DNA from: Klebsormidium nitens | Taxonomy: Eukaryota; Plantae; Klebsormidiophyceae | Assembly (NCBI GenBank): GCA_000708835.1 | Contig: DF236958.1 | Span: forward strand, 310,001-374,000 | Direction: 5' to 3' | DNA: 64,000 bases | Shown here: piece after piece, positions 37,301 through 51,900 of the stretch | How the letters are laid out: the number at the start of each line of letters is the position of its first letter | Position numbering within the stretch: the first letter of the stretch is position 1 | Made by a program: the position numbers and the translations under genes | Notes under the pieces: generated by a model | Seen by the model: the letters and a program-made list of their open reading frames with translations, nothing else | Told to the model about the DNA's origin: nothing | Database searches by the model: none

Positions 37301-40300
37301 GCGCCTCGTACGAAAGCGAGAAATTCCGAGCCACTTCCGCTGATTGTGCGAGAGTGAACACGAGCTCTTTTGGATGTCGCAGATTACGAGGTGATGGTTC
37401 CGGTCCAGGCGCTTCAGGGGCTGGGCTACAAGGTGGATGTTGTGTGCCCAAACAAGAAGGCTGGAGACACCATCCGAACAGCGGTCCACGATTTTGAGGT
37501 ACACTCGCCACCTTTCCGTTTCCGTTCCGGTCTCCTCTCAGGAGTGGCCGAGTCGCAGAGTGCTGGTCTGTGGCGAGGATGATTGACGTCTGGGCGCATG
37601 GATGCGTCCAAAGGCTTTCTAATATTCTGAGGCCATTTCAAGCGGTCAAGTGCAGAGATGTCGCTTCGCCATCCTTGCTTTTCAAGCTGTGCTTCGTAAG
37701 TCAGCCCCGTAAGTTGTGATCGATCAAATTGAATCATCGTTTCAATTTGTTGAGAGTTTGTTCTTAAAAGCAGTGCTGTCCTAGCCCTGTAGATTTCATG
37801 AGTAAGTGGTTCGCACTTTGGATTTACCGAGTCCACCACCCGCTTGTCGTTATGCTTGAACAGTACTGTGCTTTTGGAGGTGTTTGCTACTTAGAAAGTC
37901 CTATATATCTTCCACAGGTTGCTTTCTTCTTCTTCTCCGATGCAGCAAGGAAAATGAAGTGTTGCTTGCTGATGTATGCCCAACTAGTAACGTACAACGA
38001 TTTTCAAAGGTTTTCGAGTCCAGTGATGTACTCGGCACTGAAGTTTCCGATCTGAGTCTCAGTACTCACGGCAAGGAAGATATCTGCCTGGGCGCCTCGT
38101 GTGGCCAGTTCTGTAACAAGAATTCCTCCGATGCCCTCACAAGAACAGGTCCTCCTCCTGTCGCCTTCTTCCAGCTTTTCTCTCCTCTGCTATACACTTA
38201 GTTTCTTGTGGCGGCCCAACAGGGGGCATGCGAATCGCGACCAGACTTGAAGGATGCTGACGGTTCGCTCGTGCGTTGTTGCCTGGAAGCGTCTTGGAGC
38301 TCTCTGATTCCTGCTTCGGATTGATCTTAAGAAGCTCTGAGTCACCGAATTCTTCAGCGTCTTTTGATAGCGTGAGTTTGAGTAGGACAAAAAAGAACTT
38401 CTGCCCACTATCGCTCGCACTTCCTGGTCTTTGTTGACATCCGTGACGATCTCAAGGCATGGGCCCGAAAGTGAGCTCGTTCGACGAGCTCACTGAGGCC
38501 ACTTCACGTTCTCTTTGCCCCCTTTTCTCCGCATGTTGCGTCTTTTGATCCTCTAACCCTGTCTAGATCAGGATTTGCAGTAAGGATTTGGTGCGGCCCA
38601 GAGTCTAGCCAAAGCTTTTAAATCGAACACGAGGCTCCCACTCTACTCACCGCAGCTTCACCATCCTAAGTGCTTTACACAAGTAAATCGACAAGAATGT
38701 GGCACCCCGCATTCAAGAACTCTCGTCCTGACAGGTTCAGCCTTTGTTCTCTGAGTGCTATTCTTCTGATTGTGATTCTGGCCGTCTGTCGAGCATACGT
38801 TTTCCGGAATGTCCAGGACGCAATTATGGTTTTGCAAGTCTAAGTATAGCCCAAGATGAAGTTCCTGTTCAGTCTGTTCAGGGCTGGTGTGAGATTTACG
38901 CAGCTCTTTGTCTGCGGCCTGCCCTTTTATGTCCCTCTCAAACCCTTTCGCGTGCAGTGTCCGGAGATTGGTCAGAGCTTGGTTTGAAGTCCATCGATGT
39001 CCGCGGGCTGCTACGAAAGAGCAGTAGCGGCAAATCCTATGTTGGGGCAGCTGTTGTGCCGGGACCCTTCCCGGCAAGGATAGTTTTGGTGGGGGTGAGC
39101 TGTCAGCTCATTCGCCCTTGCGTTCTCTGATGCCGGCCATCGAGTTTCAAGGCTTCTTGCATGCTTGCGACGAAGCTTGTGAGCAGCTTGGCAGCTGGTC
39201 TTCATTTCGATCTGTTATGAGGCTGCTTGGACCAGTCCTCAGACGAATTAGTGTGGTTGCGTCTGATGGAAATCCGTCCTGCACAGTCTGTGATTGTTGT
39301 GATTGCCAGCTAGGGTGTCTTTATGAGCGATGTTTCTCTGAGAGCAAGGTGCTTGGATTCGACTCCCTTGCACTCGAAGTCTAGTCTAAACCAGTCCTCA
39401 AGTCTGCCATCAATGCGAGTCACGACTTTTCCTCGTCGTCAACGCCACTCCAAGTCCACCTTGTACCAACCTGAGCCTTTCTAAAAGTACGAATTTCCTC
39501 CCAAGACCTCTGTGTCGAAGTGAGGCGGTGTTAAAGAAGTCACAGGCCGGAAACCAACCGCTTCGTGCTGATTTCTGGGGATCGTCCCAAGCCGGCAACG
39601 TGAGTAGACTGAGTGCTTGTGGCAATTCGATTGCTTGGTGCTGGCGGTCCATTTCCAATCCTTCAGGAAAGGTTGCTATTGGAGCTTCGCAAACTGGCGC
39701 ATATGTAATCCGTGTTGTGTCTCTTCCTGACTGTCACTGGGCGCTCACCCAGGAAAGACTCCTCCAGCCTAAAGCAGCGCCAGTACTTGATCGTTGAAAG
39801 CTCAACAAACCGGGTTTAACGACATTACAAATTGTTTTCAAATCGGCACACACCTTCGGTACCTTTCTTTGATTTTTTCACGCCATCCGAAAGGGTTGCA
39901 AATATCGATTTTTAGGCTGGTCCGTGATGGTTAAAAGGCCCTGGGCTCTAAACAAAGTCCAGTCATTGCCGCTGTTGAGGCCCAAAAGAGTGCCCCTTTG
40001 TTGTTCGCTCTTTGGTTCCTCCAGAGCTTGCAGTATTGCAGCCCTTTTCGCAGCAGATGGCGGGTGCTTATGACGCAAAGTTGAACCGTTCTCGTCATGA
40101 AATTGGGTATTGATGTTCGATCCCCTTGTACGTTTACAACTTTGCCCGCCTGGCCTGGACTCTGCTTCTCCCCGGCAAGGATAGCAGACGCCTAGGCACC
40201 AGAGAGTGTCACAAGATTCACGGCCTGTCTGATGCCATGGGACGAGGGTCCTCAACCAGAGTGGCAAAACAAGTGTGGCAAAACCAGTGGCAGGAGTCCG

Positions 40301-43300
40301 CAGCTTCACGCCACTTTGCTGTGTCCCGCGATTGAGGTTTGGCGCGGTAACTCAAATCTTCAGGGCCTGTAATAAAACTCAACTGATGGCTTGCGACTGG
40401 CCCTTGTGACGTCGGATGTGTGATCCGCTCGGGAGCTATTGTTGGTTCAGATCTTTCTCAGCAAAGCAGCACTCGTTGCTGAAGGCAGATTCTCCCTCTT
40501 TCCCCCTGAAAAAGTTTCCTTTGAAGTCGAAACAAGCAAGGCGAATACCTGGTCCGTTTCTGCCATGAGAAGACTCGAACGAGCTTTTTAAATGATCTGG
40601 GACCGTGTCTGACTCCATTGACCGGCTTTCGGAACATCCATGGTATTACAAGTCCGGTATGCTCAACTTGTCATTGCGAGATTTACTATAACCCTCCTTA
40701 AGGTCTACAAATTTTCTCCAAGTCTATTGAAATGCTGGGATCCGAAGTTTGATTTCGATTTTCTCGGCATCCTGAGCCTTCTTGGATACACCCTGTTCTA
40801 TGGCAAGGAACGCTTGTTCGGATTGAGCTCATGCCAAGAAGGGTTTGAGAACTGGATTCATCTTCACGTTTTTCTGCTGCTCTACGAGAGTATAAGGGAG
40901 TCTCTCACACAAAGGTCGTTCAAACAACAGTTGTTGCACTTTTGGTTTTATGCTTCTGAGCGGCTATGAAGAGCTTCGTAAAACCTGCAGAGGCGTAAAC
41001 AGAACTTGTCGGCCACTGACGCTGCCAGGCAAAGTCGTCATTGTCCTTTTATTTCTTGTTTTCTTGGCTCGTGTCAAGCGCTACCTTCCTTCGGCTCTGG
41101 CTCTGCAGCCCGCGGTCTGGTTATCGGGACCCGTCATTCTGAATAGGGCACATGGAACAAAGAGTACGTGCGTTTGTCGAGACGGCAGGTTAGCTTTAGC
41201 CAACTGATAAACAATTTTCACTTGTTGATCTTGCAAACCTCCAAGGTACGAATCTCTCTCAACCAGATTTGTGGTTGCCAAAGTAAGAGTGGTATTTTGT
41301 GTGTGTCGTTGAGATACACCCGTAAATGAACGTCGCAAATGAAGATTCCTTGCCGCGGAAACATTCCGCAAAACCGTGCAACAATGCCTCCGACGAAACT
41401 TTTCGCGTCAACACCGTTCAATTTTCAACTGCAAGTTCGACAGACTTCGGAACCGTAAATGGGGTCTTCCTCTGCTAATGCGTCATTTGACTCCACAAGG
41501 GCTGGTAGCCCTACTGCTCTTGACAATCTGTGCCGAGGTGCCCTGTTTTTAGGGTGGCCGTAAAGGTTGCGGGCCCTGTGCTTCAGAATCCACTGACCGA
41601 GAATCCATGTCAGTTTTCTTTTTGAGGCACCTCGTCCCGAAAATTCGTACATTATGCGCCTCTTCATAGCGGAACAACTCAGATTATAAGCATGCCTAGC
41701 GGCAACCAGAGACAAGCACTCCGGATCGGAGTAAAGCTCAACTTCTTTCCTTTTTGTCTTTCTAGATTATTTGTTAGTATTTGCTTTGGCAGCCGTTGGA
41801 CAGCACGTCGAGCCTAGGGCACTCTACCTCTGCAGAGGTGACCTTTCCGGTGTCTTTGAGGCGCTACTGTTGGTTGGACAAAGACTTTTGCCCGCTTGAA
41901 GTTGCACGCGGGTCGTCTTTATGAGCGAATGCTACGTCTTCCACCCTTGGCAACAGTTTCCAAGCTTCGCCTCGTTTCGTCCGTGCTTCGCTGGTTGACG
42001 CCGAGCACAAATCGCCTTGGGGCTGAAAATTTGGAGTTCAGTTATTTCCCCGATCCATTCGTGACGCTGTTGGCTCGTGAAGATCAGAACGTGGCAGCGC
42101 TCAAGTGTTCGCTTATGATTCTTGGAACCCTTATGTCTTAGAACAAGACGCGGCCAGAAAGAAGCTGTAGTCGCTCATCTGTCATGGGAGCAGCCGTGTT
42201 CTTAAAACTGTCCCCTCTTCCGGCAAGGATAACACCTGGGCGTTCAAAATCTGCTCAGAGGTTGCGTTCTCATGATGCCGTATAAGGGGACGTGCCTGGG
42301 TACCGCCCTACGCAGCCTTGCTTCTTCCATCCTCTGTGGGCGTTTCGTAAAGACCCGATACTAGATGAGCGGAACATGTAATCTGGAAGCAGATCCGTGA
42401 TTGATGTCTGCGTTGTTTTTGTTATGCTGCATAGTAATCTGGTTCAGGTAGGCTCTATTTGTTCTTCGGTCTCTGCTTTAAGATATCGATGAAGCAGGTT
42501 CACGAAGATTCATCCGTTGTCAGCGTTGGAAGAAATCGCAACGAAGAACTCTGACGCTGCAAAACCTCAAGTCTCGAGCCTTCGTCGTTAGTCTTTGGAT
42601 GTGGATTGTATCCACACTAGATCGTTATTTCACGGACGATAAGCAAGCGGAATTGGACAGGCCACTGCCAATGGGCGTCCTTCCGGCTCTCCTGGCAGAT
42701 CAACACGCGTTCCACTCAGCCGCACAGCTACAGCAACCCCTTCTTGCCCCCCGCCTGCCCTTAGCTGCAGATCGGACCAAAGTCACTTTGCTGAGCCAGC
42801 CTCGAGTGTCAACTTGGAGACAGCCCTGATTCAAAAGTCAAGACGACATCAGAAGACTTCCACATTGCAAGTCGAAATCTGAGTCCCTTTTTCCTGTATC
42901 AGAGTTGTACGTTGAACCAGCTTAGACACAGTTGGAAGGACGCGCTCCGCACCCATACCCCAAGTTAACCTTAATCATCCTCCGGGCGCTGATTTATTTC
43001 TCCCTGGCTGCACGTCAACTGGAAATTGACACTACCCTCCTCTCGTCTCGTCCCGCAGGGCGACCAGACGTACAGCGAGAAGCCCGGCCACAATTTCAGC
43101 CTCACCGCCGACTTCGCCTCCGTTTCCGCTGACGGCTACGACGCCCTGGTGGTGCCCGGGGGACGAGCCCCCGAGTACCTCAGCCTGGACGAACAGGTGC
43201 TGGAGTTGGTCAGAGACTTCACCCGGGCGGAGAAAGTGGTCGCATCAATTTGCCACGGGCAGCAGATCCTGGCAGCCGCCGGCGTGCTCAAGGGCAAAAA

Positions 43301-44655
43301 GTGAGGGAGTCGGACGTACTGCGACGGACTTTTCGCTTTGCTTCGTTGCTTTACTGGCCTTTCAGAGTATCCCTTGTGAGATCGAGGAGCCGGAGTGCTT
43401 TCGGTTTCAGGACTGGTGGCGTCATTCGCCGGGGTCTGCGTTTACACTAAAAGTGTGCTTCGTGTCCCGGGGTTGATAGTCCGGATGCCGACAAATGGCC
43501 CTGTTCAAACATCGCAGCGGCAGCAAGTAGCAAAGGAAATGGTTGCAACAAATGGCGGCTGTCCGACTCAACGTAGAGGCACAAAATCGTCAAGTGGCAG
43601 GACGTTTACATCTTGCATTAGGAAGCTGAATGTTCACTTGTCAGCGCCTCTGGATTCGTGTCAGGTTCGCGGAATTGGGTCTTACTTCGACGGAGAAGTC
43701 GAGTGTCGTTATTTCGTCAACTTCTGTCAGAAGCTTAGTGGGGCGGAACGGGCAACACCGCAAAGACTGCAACAAGTTTCAAAATTGGCAATGCAGAGCT
43801 TATTCCGGACCCGGTTGCAATCTCTCCAGCATCAACAATCCTTCGCACTGCAAAAGTGGAATTGTGGATCTTGGCTCTTATACCGACTGATCACATGTGC
43901 CTTCGTGCCCGGACAGAATTTACAAATTGTCTGAGAGGGTAAAGTCATCAACGGGGTCAGGGTGGTCGTGGTGCGGAGCACGTAATGTTTCGGTCTCAGC
44001 TTAGGTTAAGCTGAGGTCTTGATGATTACTGATTCGAGGAATGTTCCTGGCAGGTGCACGGCCTACCCCGCAGTGAAGCCGACGATCCTGCTGGCCGGGG
44101 CGGAGTGGCTGGAGCCGGACCCCATTTCCAAGTGCTTCACGGATGGCAACCTGATCACCGGGGCGGCTTGGCCGGGTGAGAGTTGTTTGTGCTCCTTTGT
44201 GCTTTGGTCATCAATGGTCGGTTCTTCACATGTTTTACAAGAGGCGGAGTGATTGAGAAGAGGACGCAGTTGCCCGGTTGGGGATCTGGCGTTCCCTGGA
44301 TGGGGCTGTGTCTGTCACGGATAGCAATGAGCTGTAATTTCAAGATATCCTTAGCTGATAATCTGCATATATATTGCAGTACGTCACCGACGTTTGGTCC
44401 TACGTCACTGAGACGAGCATCGTGAAATTTTCTAGGGGCGTACGTGCTGAATATCCTTACTCTGCCTTCGTCCAATTTCATGCTATTTGATTGTTGTACG
44501 TTGCCGTACGTATTTCCCGGTTGTCTCAAGGTTGTTGACGTGCTACTGATAAGTGCGGAGGTTTTTTTACTGACAACGAGCATCTGCCTGCAGGACACCC
44601 GGAATTCATCTCCCACATTGTCAAAGCGCTTGGGACAAAGATCAGTGTGGAGTGA
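34313..44655 (+). CDS. DJ1D: DJ-1/PfpI two-domain glyoxalase III (DJ-1D-like)
   Basis: Exons 34313-34358, 34572-34615, 35057-35124, 35523-35620, 36234-36596, 37383-37498, 43059-43300, 44054-44175, 44594-44655; two repeats of GD(Y/F)xEDYEVMVP, DQTYSEKxGHNF, [20 protein letters not shown]. Confidence 0.95.
37499..43058. mobile_element. 5.56-kb intron containing degenerate repeated sequence (probable transposon relic)
   Basis: Intron far longer than the others in the gene; CCGGCAAGGATA occurs at ~39070, ~40172 and ~42220 with similar flanks (TTGCGTTCTC(A)TGATGCCG in copies 1 and 3); only broken antisense ORFs. No TIR, LTR or TSD identified. Confidence 0.35.
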
Positions 44656-45942
44656 GTTTGCTTAACGAAATTGGGGCAGAGAAGTTCAACAGCAACCATG
44701 GATGTTACGTTTAGTAAGCGTATGTTGAACCAAGAGATCATCTTATCAAGTAATGGTTGTCCACTGTAGCGAAACGTAGGTTAGGCACAGCTAGGACAGA
44801 AACAAGTTGAGAACACAGCAGCTGAAGAATGCTGGATTGAAAACGAAGTTTGTCAAAGTGTGAGATATGTTGCGAGTGTTTGCTAGAGAGCTTATGAGTC
44901 CCGCTAGCTAGGATCTGAGGTGTTGTCTGTATAACGCTTCATGCGAAGTGAGATGTAAGATGTCTCAAAACCCGCGTTCAGGTTTCGAGCTGAGTATGCA
45001 TTTTAAGGCCGGTTTGATTGGAAAAATCTTGTTTCATGCAAGCCTTAGCATGCTGGTCCAGTCTGACAGTAACTTCTGCTTGCAGCATGTTAGCCAGTAA
45101 GTACGTGGCACCTCATGCAACGAGTCAAGTTCACGCACATAGGACAATCAAGCCGCAGCTTGCGTATCTAATATGTTACACGAGTGACTCGTATCATACA
45201 CGGCGAGTAACCGACTGGCAACTTAAGTGCCGTGGAAGTCCTCAATCCTTGACACACTCAGCTATTCTGTGCATGCACCCGGCAACTAATCACATATCAT
45301 ATATCAGAGATCGCCCTGTTTGTGCACGTAAGATACACGAGTCGACCATGCACTGACGTAAGAGCTGCATCAGTGTGTGCCGCGCGCGCTTGTCATGAAT
45401 TTCATCGCGAAACTTCAATAAGAACATGAAAGGCTGATGTTTTGTGTGCACCAGATTTCGACACTGGCACTCAATGATACATTTTTTTCTACAACTTAAT
45501 TAGAATTTCTGTAACGAGGTTGCCAATTGAAGTCTTTGAAGTAAGGGCGTAGTACTCTACCGAGCTCTTGTCGCTGGGCCGCGCGCGGATGATTGCCGGA
45601 TGTCTCCAATTTTCAAGAGCACGTATAGGCCGACGGCGATATAGTCACAGACTGCATTCTGGTTGGTCGAATTGACGGGCGCCTGGCTCGCGCACTTTGT
45701 TGGACCCTGCCAGCTTTTCGATCGGCAACCCGTGTATGTGGGAGAGCAGCGAGAGTCCTCGCCTGATGCTCACTTGCTTAATGCAATGAAAAAAACACTT
45801 CAGTAACAACTTTATGCATGATCGAATCAAAGTCTTTAGACATGCTTCATAATTCACAGGGTTCAAGCGTCAAATTAACACAAATAACAGTATCCCCCTC
45901 CGTTTCGACTCCCCCTCAGTACTTCCGACTTCAACCGTGTTC

Positions 45943-48900
45943 TCAACGCGGCTGAACAGACAGGCGCCCAGCCCGGTTCATCTCACGCTCAACTGCTTCA
46001 CTAACGTAGATAAAGCTGGCAATGCCCGCCTTATCGCACACGTCCCTGACGCGGATTGTATCGTCTGTGTGCTGGGTCCGGGCCAGGTTTTCTAACAGCT
46101 TCATCGCACTCCTCTTCTTCAAAAGCACGTTTCGTTCTAGCATCTTGTCGAAGATGTGAAGGGCGCCCTTCATGTGCAGGTTGTCGGCATATGCATACAA
46201 AAGGTTGTTGAAGCTTGCCACTTTCTGCAGAACATAAACAGTCCGGTGTTCAGCGAGATGCTATACATATGCGGAAATACCGCAAGCTCGCCTACGACTC
46301 GCTAAAGGATTTCTCAAGCCGTACGACCCATACATGTCCTGCGCGCGACGAAGCTTGAAGAATCAACTGGACAGCACTCCGCTGGACTCAAGTGCCCATT
46401 TCTGATCGAGCCAAGCATCCAGCTCGTTTGCCTAAGCAAGCCGTGACCAGTCCCCAAAATCGAGGCTTAAAACGTCATCTTGTGGGCTTTTATGGTGCTG
46501 CTTTTGAACTTAAACGACAAAAAGCATGCAAACCCAAAATCAACAACCCCAGCTATCACCATAGGAAGCCAAGGGCTTCGAGATTCATTCCGGTAGCCTG
46601 CTACGGACGCTCACCCATTTCCGCTCCGGCCCCTCCTTCTCTACCAGTTGCCGTACCCTCTCCGTCAAACTAGATGCGTCGAGCGGGGGGTCCGGTCCTG
46701 TCCACCGGACGGTGTCGTACACCACGGACGGCCCCTCCTGGCTGCGCAGGAGCGTCCGCAGCCACTCGTCCTCACCTGAAGCAAGAGGAATACTTGAGAC
46801 GTTCGGAACTGGATACGTGCGAAAGTCGTCCGGATTGGGGAAAAAAGAAGAGTACGTGAAGCAGCCAGAATTGGCAACAGGCAAACTCGGTTTTCAACTA
46901 AGAAACGGTTTGAGGCGCTCGGGACCAGCTACGTACGCAAGAGCTCACGTGTTGAGTGACCCTCGCAAACCAAACCGGATGCAACCTGGTTCGATTTGCG
47001 GGCGTTTCTGCGGACTGAGCCTGGATACTGGATTCGTACCGGACCTTCTATCAGAGCAAAGCGCCCAATCCGCTGCATACAAAAGATAGACGGAGAACTG
47101 GAAAAGCTGCTCGCAAGCCTGCTGTCGCGCGCATTACCTGGAAAGGAACGGCCCTGAGAGGAAACGGAAAGAAACGGAACTGGGAACGAAGGAAGATAAA
47201 CCAGGATCCCCACGGCAATCCGAAACCAATCATATTTTGCTTCGTACCTGTTGCAGAACTAGACGACGGCTGCTCCTCTACCAGCGACTCAGCCCCCGTT
47301 CTTGACGTGCTCTCTTCAAAACCCCCACTCGCAGGTGTAGCTCCCGCCATGCCCGCACCACCCTCCGTATCCACTGCCACGTGGCTCCCTCTCCTTGGCC
47401 GGCCCCGCCCCTTCTTCTGACGTACATACACGTCATCCGGGATGATCCCCTGGAAGCTGCCCCGCTGCAGGGCCTCCTGAACCTGGTCGGGGCTGACGTG
47501 GCAGTCCCGCCGGAAGATCCCGTGGGTGACGTCATTCGGGCGCAGGCCCGCGTCGCGCATGCGCTCGAGGGCGTCGAGAGCCGCCTCGAATTGCTGGGTG
47601 CGCGCGTAGTGGCTGATCAGCGTGTTGAACGTCACCTGGAGAATGCAACCACTCTTGATAAGATTCACAACAAGCTATCCCCGGAAAGCAGAGTCAATCT
47701 CAAACTTCTATCCTTCTATTCGAACGTGCAGTTGAGAACTCTATCTGCCACCTTGTCCTTGTGACCAGAGATAATACCAGCCTAATAATATTTTGGGCAA
47801 CTTGTGGAGCGACAAGCTGCAGTGAGCTTGAAGGCTAAAGGCTAACAATACACAGACCATCATATCAAAAAAAGAAACTGGAGACTTCACTCGCCGCGAG
47901 AACCGGCCTTGCTTTGCTCAATCTCCATCCACATAACAGTGCATCGCAGTCTGCAAGGCTCAAGAACTTGACGTCAATGGCACAGCCTCAAGCCAACCAC
48001 ATAGCGTGGTAAGCTCGGTCTTGTCCGCCGCACGTGACCTTAACCACGGCCGTGCTCCACAACGATTACATCCCATTCCCTCACCTCATCCGGGGTTACG
48101 CCCGCCGCTTGCATCTCCCCAAAGACGCCCTCCATCGCCTCGAAGTCCCGCACGCGCCCGTACCCGTTCATCCGCATGTTGTATCCGTTCGCCACTTTCG
48201 CCATCCCCTTCGACCGCATCTCCGAAAATACCGCCTCGGCTCTCGGCAACTGATTCGACTTGGCAAACACTTGCAGGACGGCGTAGTACGTCATCTGCAG
48301 GGGAGGAGCAGCGGCATCCCGTCAGCGAAGCCCGTGCTTACGTAAAGACGAGAGCCAGAACGTGGCGTTGGTGATTATCACAGGCAGAGATTGCATTAAA
48401 CAGCAATGCAAAAGGATGGAATCAGAGATCCATTGGGTCCTGGTGGCTTTAATCCTCCTACTTGATGCCCACGTCTATTCTGACCCAAGGCGCAGAGGTC
48501 AACCATCACCACAGTAAAGCTTTTCAGTGGTTCATGAGAACTACTGAACCTTCGAAAACTGTATGAACCATGAAAAAGAAGTTGCTTGAACCAGGCGTTG
48601 ACATATTGCCGGTGTTTGATGCGCTCTCGTCATGACGAATGCTTCTTTAGGTCTGACCGAGAAGAAACAGCGGACCAAAGTTTTTGAGCACCTCCCAACA
48701 CGATGCAATGTATATCGAGGCCGATCGCTTTCGCAAAATCCAAAAGTCTAAACCCTCAGACTTCGAAGCCCCCCTACTGTTTGCGAACTCACCGCTGGCA
48801 GCTGCCTGCCCTGCTGCCGCATCTCCCTCCACAGCTCCTCGACGGGTTCCCACTCGTTGTTTCTCTCGCACGCTCTGCAAAAGACGTTGAACGCCTGCAC

Positions 48901-51900
48901 TTCGAACTCGGCGCGGGTGTCCTTCAGAGCGGCCCGCAGGACGACTAGAGCTTCTCGGAGGTTGCCCTCTTGCACGGCCTTTCCGACCATTTCTAGGAGG
49001 GTCCGTTGTTCTAGTCGGGGTACCGGGGTGCCGTTGACGGCACGCATCGGGGCGCTGCCACGCTCGAGCCGGTCCAGGGCGGCAAGCTCGCGGTATGTGA
49101 CCTGAATGACATAAAAGAGATACTCCGGTAAGAAGAGTGACAGAACGACATCTCACGTATTCTGCAACTGTGATGAAAAAGCGATGCACGTTCGGAGTAC
49201 TCGAGGTCGTCAGAGACAAGAGAACGAGAATGACGAGATCACGGACCGAAAGTGAAGCAGCCTTTCCATGATCGATTAAAGGAGGAGGAGACAGACCGCA
49301 AGTTGGCAGTTTAACCTACCAAAAAGACCGCAAGTTGGCAGTTTAACCTACCAAAAAGAAGTGGCATTCACACAGCCTCTGCATGCTTCCTCGCAACAAG
49401 AAAGAGAATCTGATCGAGGAGATCATGATAGCCGATAAGGCTGAGCGTGTCAAAATCAATCCAAAAAGAGGTTGGACAACATGTGGACTGACCACCCGTG
49501 CACGTCCCACGCTCCATCTTTGAGACTTCCAACCGACACAAGCACGGAACACCTAGGCACGGAACGACATCAGCCATTTGCTAAAAACGACAACTGGACC
49601 ACTAGAAACCAGGATGTCAATCAATTCACCCAACAATCCAGACTGGTCTCAATGAAAGTCTCGTATCCCTGTTCCGCTCAAAAGGTTCCAGACAAAGACT
49701 TCCTGCAACAGCATGTCGAAAGCGTCTGGACCCCTCACCTCGTTCGGGCGGAAGCCCTCCTTCTGCATCGTCGCATACGCCTCCCTTGCCTTGCCCACTT
49801 TGCCCGCCTTGCCGTACATGTGGATCACCGCGTTCCACAGCTGCGTGCTGTGCGAGATCTCCAGCGCTTCTATCGTCTCGTAAAGCTGCTCCGCCTCGTT
49901 CATCTTCCGGGCGCGCACCAGAGAGCTCAAGATAATTACGGCCGAAACGTCGTTGGGAGATGCCCCCCGCTCATTCATGCCGGCGAACACTTGGAGCGCT
50001 TTCGTGAGGTCGCCCCTGCGGGCGTAGACGCCCATAAGGGCGTTGTGGGGGCCGGGCTCTTGGACCTGGGGGGACGCGAGGTACTCCGCAAAAACGCGCT
50101 CGGCGGAATCGAGATCGCCCGCGTTCCTGAAACGAAGCAGCTCTCAGATCAGAGGCCGGTCGTGAGGAACATGTAGGACAAGGAGCATCGAGGAACGTGC
50201 TTTTAATGCAAGATCCTCATGACAACTCGAGGTGAGGTCCTCGCAAGGATCGGAGGCAATCCTTGAAGACAAGCTTTCGAAGAACCCTGGCTGCCAGCAG
50301 CCTTGAAAAGACGCTGTTGCATAGACCAAAGGGTACTGCAAACCGACAGCACTTTTCAGACCCGAATTCTCCCTTCTACCTGACAATATGCTCTGAAGAC
50401 ATGACTGCTTGACTTCATGCCACGTTGGATGAGCTGGAAAAGCCCTTCCCTTAACGAACGGGCCCAATCCGTATCGGCTATGGAAATTTTCCACTCACGA
50501 TGGACCATCTGCTGCCAATCTGGTGCTCGAAATTTACCAGCTTATCTTGGGTCCGACACGCCCAAGGAGCAGATTAAACGGCTTGCAAAAACGCAGTGCT
50601 GTGGATGGCTTACCCATACGCGTTAATTACGGTCGCATAGGTATACTTGCTTGGTTCAAAGCCCGCTTGCTTCAAATCGTCAAAAATGGCCTCGACCTTG
50701 CTGATCATGCCCTGCTTTGTATACGCTGCCAGCAGGGAGTTGAACGCAATCTGTATCAACAGCGAAATGCAGTTGCATCAGCAGAGAACAAAAGAAGGAA
50801 GCTCCCCGCCTCCCCGAGTTTAGAAAGCAACAACAGACAAGGAGCTTGAAGATTCCCAACCGACAAAAGCAGGAAAGCGCCAGATTAGATGCTCAACAAT
50901 TGCATACTACTCCAAAAACAAGTCGGAATACAAGCGAACTCGCGATTCGAGCTAGCCCATGCGTTCTCCAGCGTTCGTGTAGATCTTACCAGTTCGGGAG
51001 CCACTCCCGACCTTTGCATCTGCTTAAAGACGCTCTCTGCCTGGTCCACAAACCCAGCCGAACCCAGGGTCTCGATCATTTGCGAGTAGATGACGGACGT
51101 GGGCGCTATCCGGGCGGCCTGGAGAGAAGGACAAACCAATGATTTATCTGGTGGAGCTTGTCAATTCTGATAGGAAGGAAAGAGACTGCCATGAAGTCGC
51201 TATATAAGCAAAAGTATTCTTGGCGCATATCAAGCTCTCCCGTTCCCTCCCAATGCTTAATTTCTGTCTACTGTCCCGTTCTCGGCACCCTGTCCCAGTC
51301 AATCACAGCCTGAAGTGAGGCCCTTGCCGAAACCACTACTTGGTGGAGCAGATTGACGACGTCCACAACTTTCGGTTTCGGATCAAGCATCCAATGTCAG
51401 TCTCAGCTTCAGATAAAAAAGCGCAACTGGCAAACCAAGTTGGCACACCAAATGGAGGCCAGACATCTCACTTCGCTCAGAGCAAAGCAGATCCCAAAAC
51501 ATAAGGGATCGCTTCCATTGCTTCTTGAAGGAAGTTAAGATTCGCAAACGGGGCATGATCCTTTGGTTCTCCCAAAGGCGCCCTGTGCCGCCGCACATCA
51601 ACGAACCTTTCCCCTTACTCCCATCTCACTCCTATCAGGAGCACCTGATCAGTAATCAGCGCGACTGGACCTTTGACTCTCAAGGGATGAGTGAAGCGGA
51701 GACTCGACCATCTGGGCGACTAGGACGACCGGTCCTCCCACACCTTAAATGCATACCGACTCCGCAATCTAACAAAGGCGGCCCACCTGCATCTCCTGGA
51801 ACAACGCCAACACTTCGTCCGTCCTGCTCCTATCCCGGCTGAGGGCTTTGATGACACTGCTATACGTGTATGCGTCCAGCCTCATGCGCTGCTCTTTCAT

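Noticed and set aside
43395-43934. 179-aa ORF inside a DJ-1D intron
   Set aside because: No ATG start, no recognisable domain; the flanking exons splice cleanly across it.
49472-50176. 234-aa plus-strand ORF
   Set aside because: Antisense to a PPR exon.
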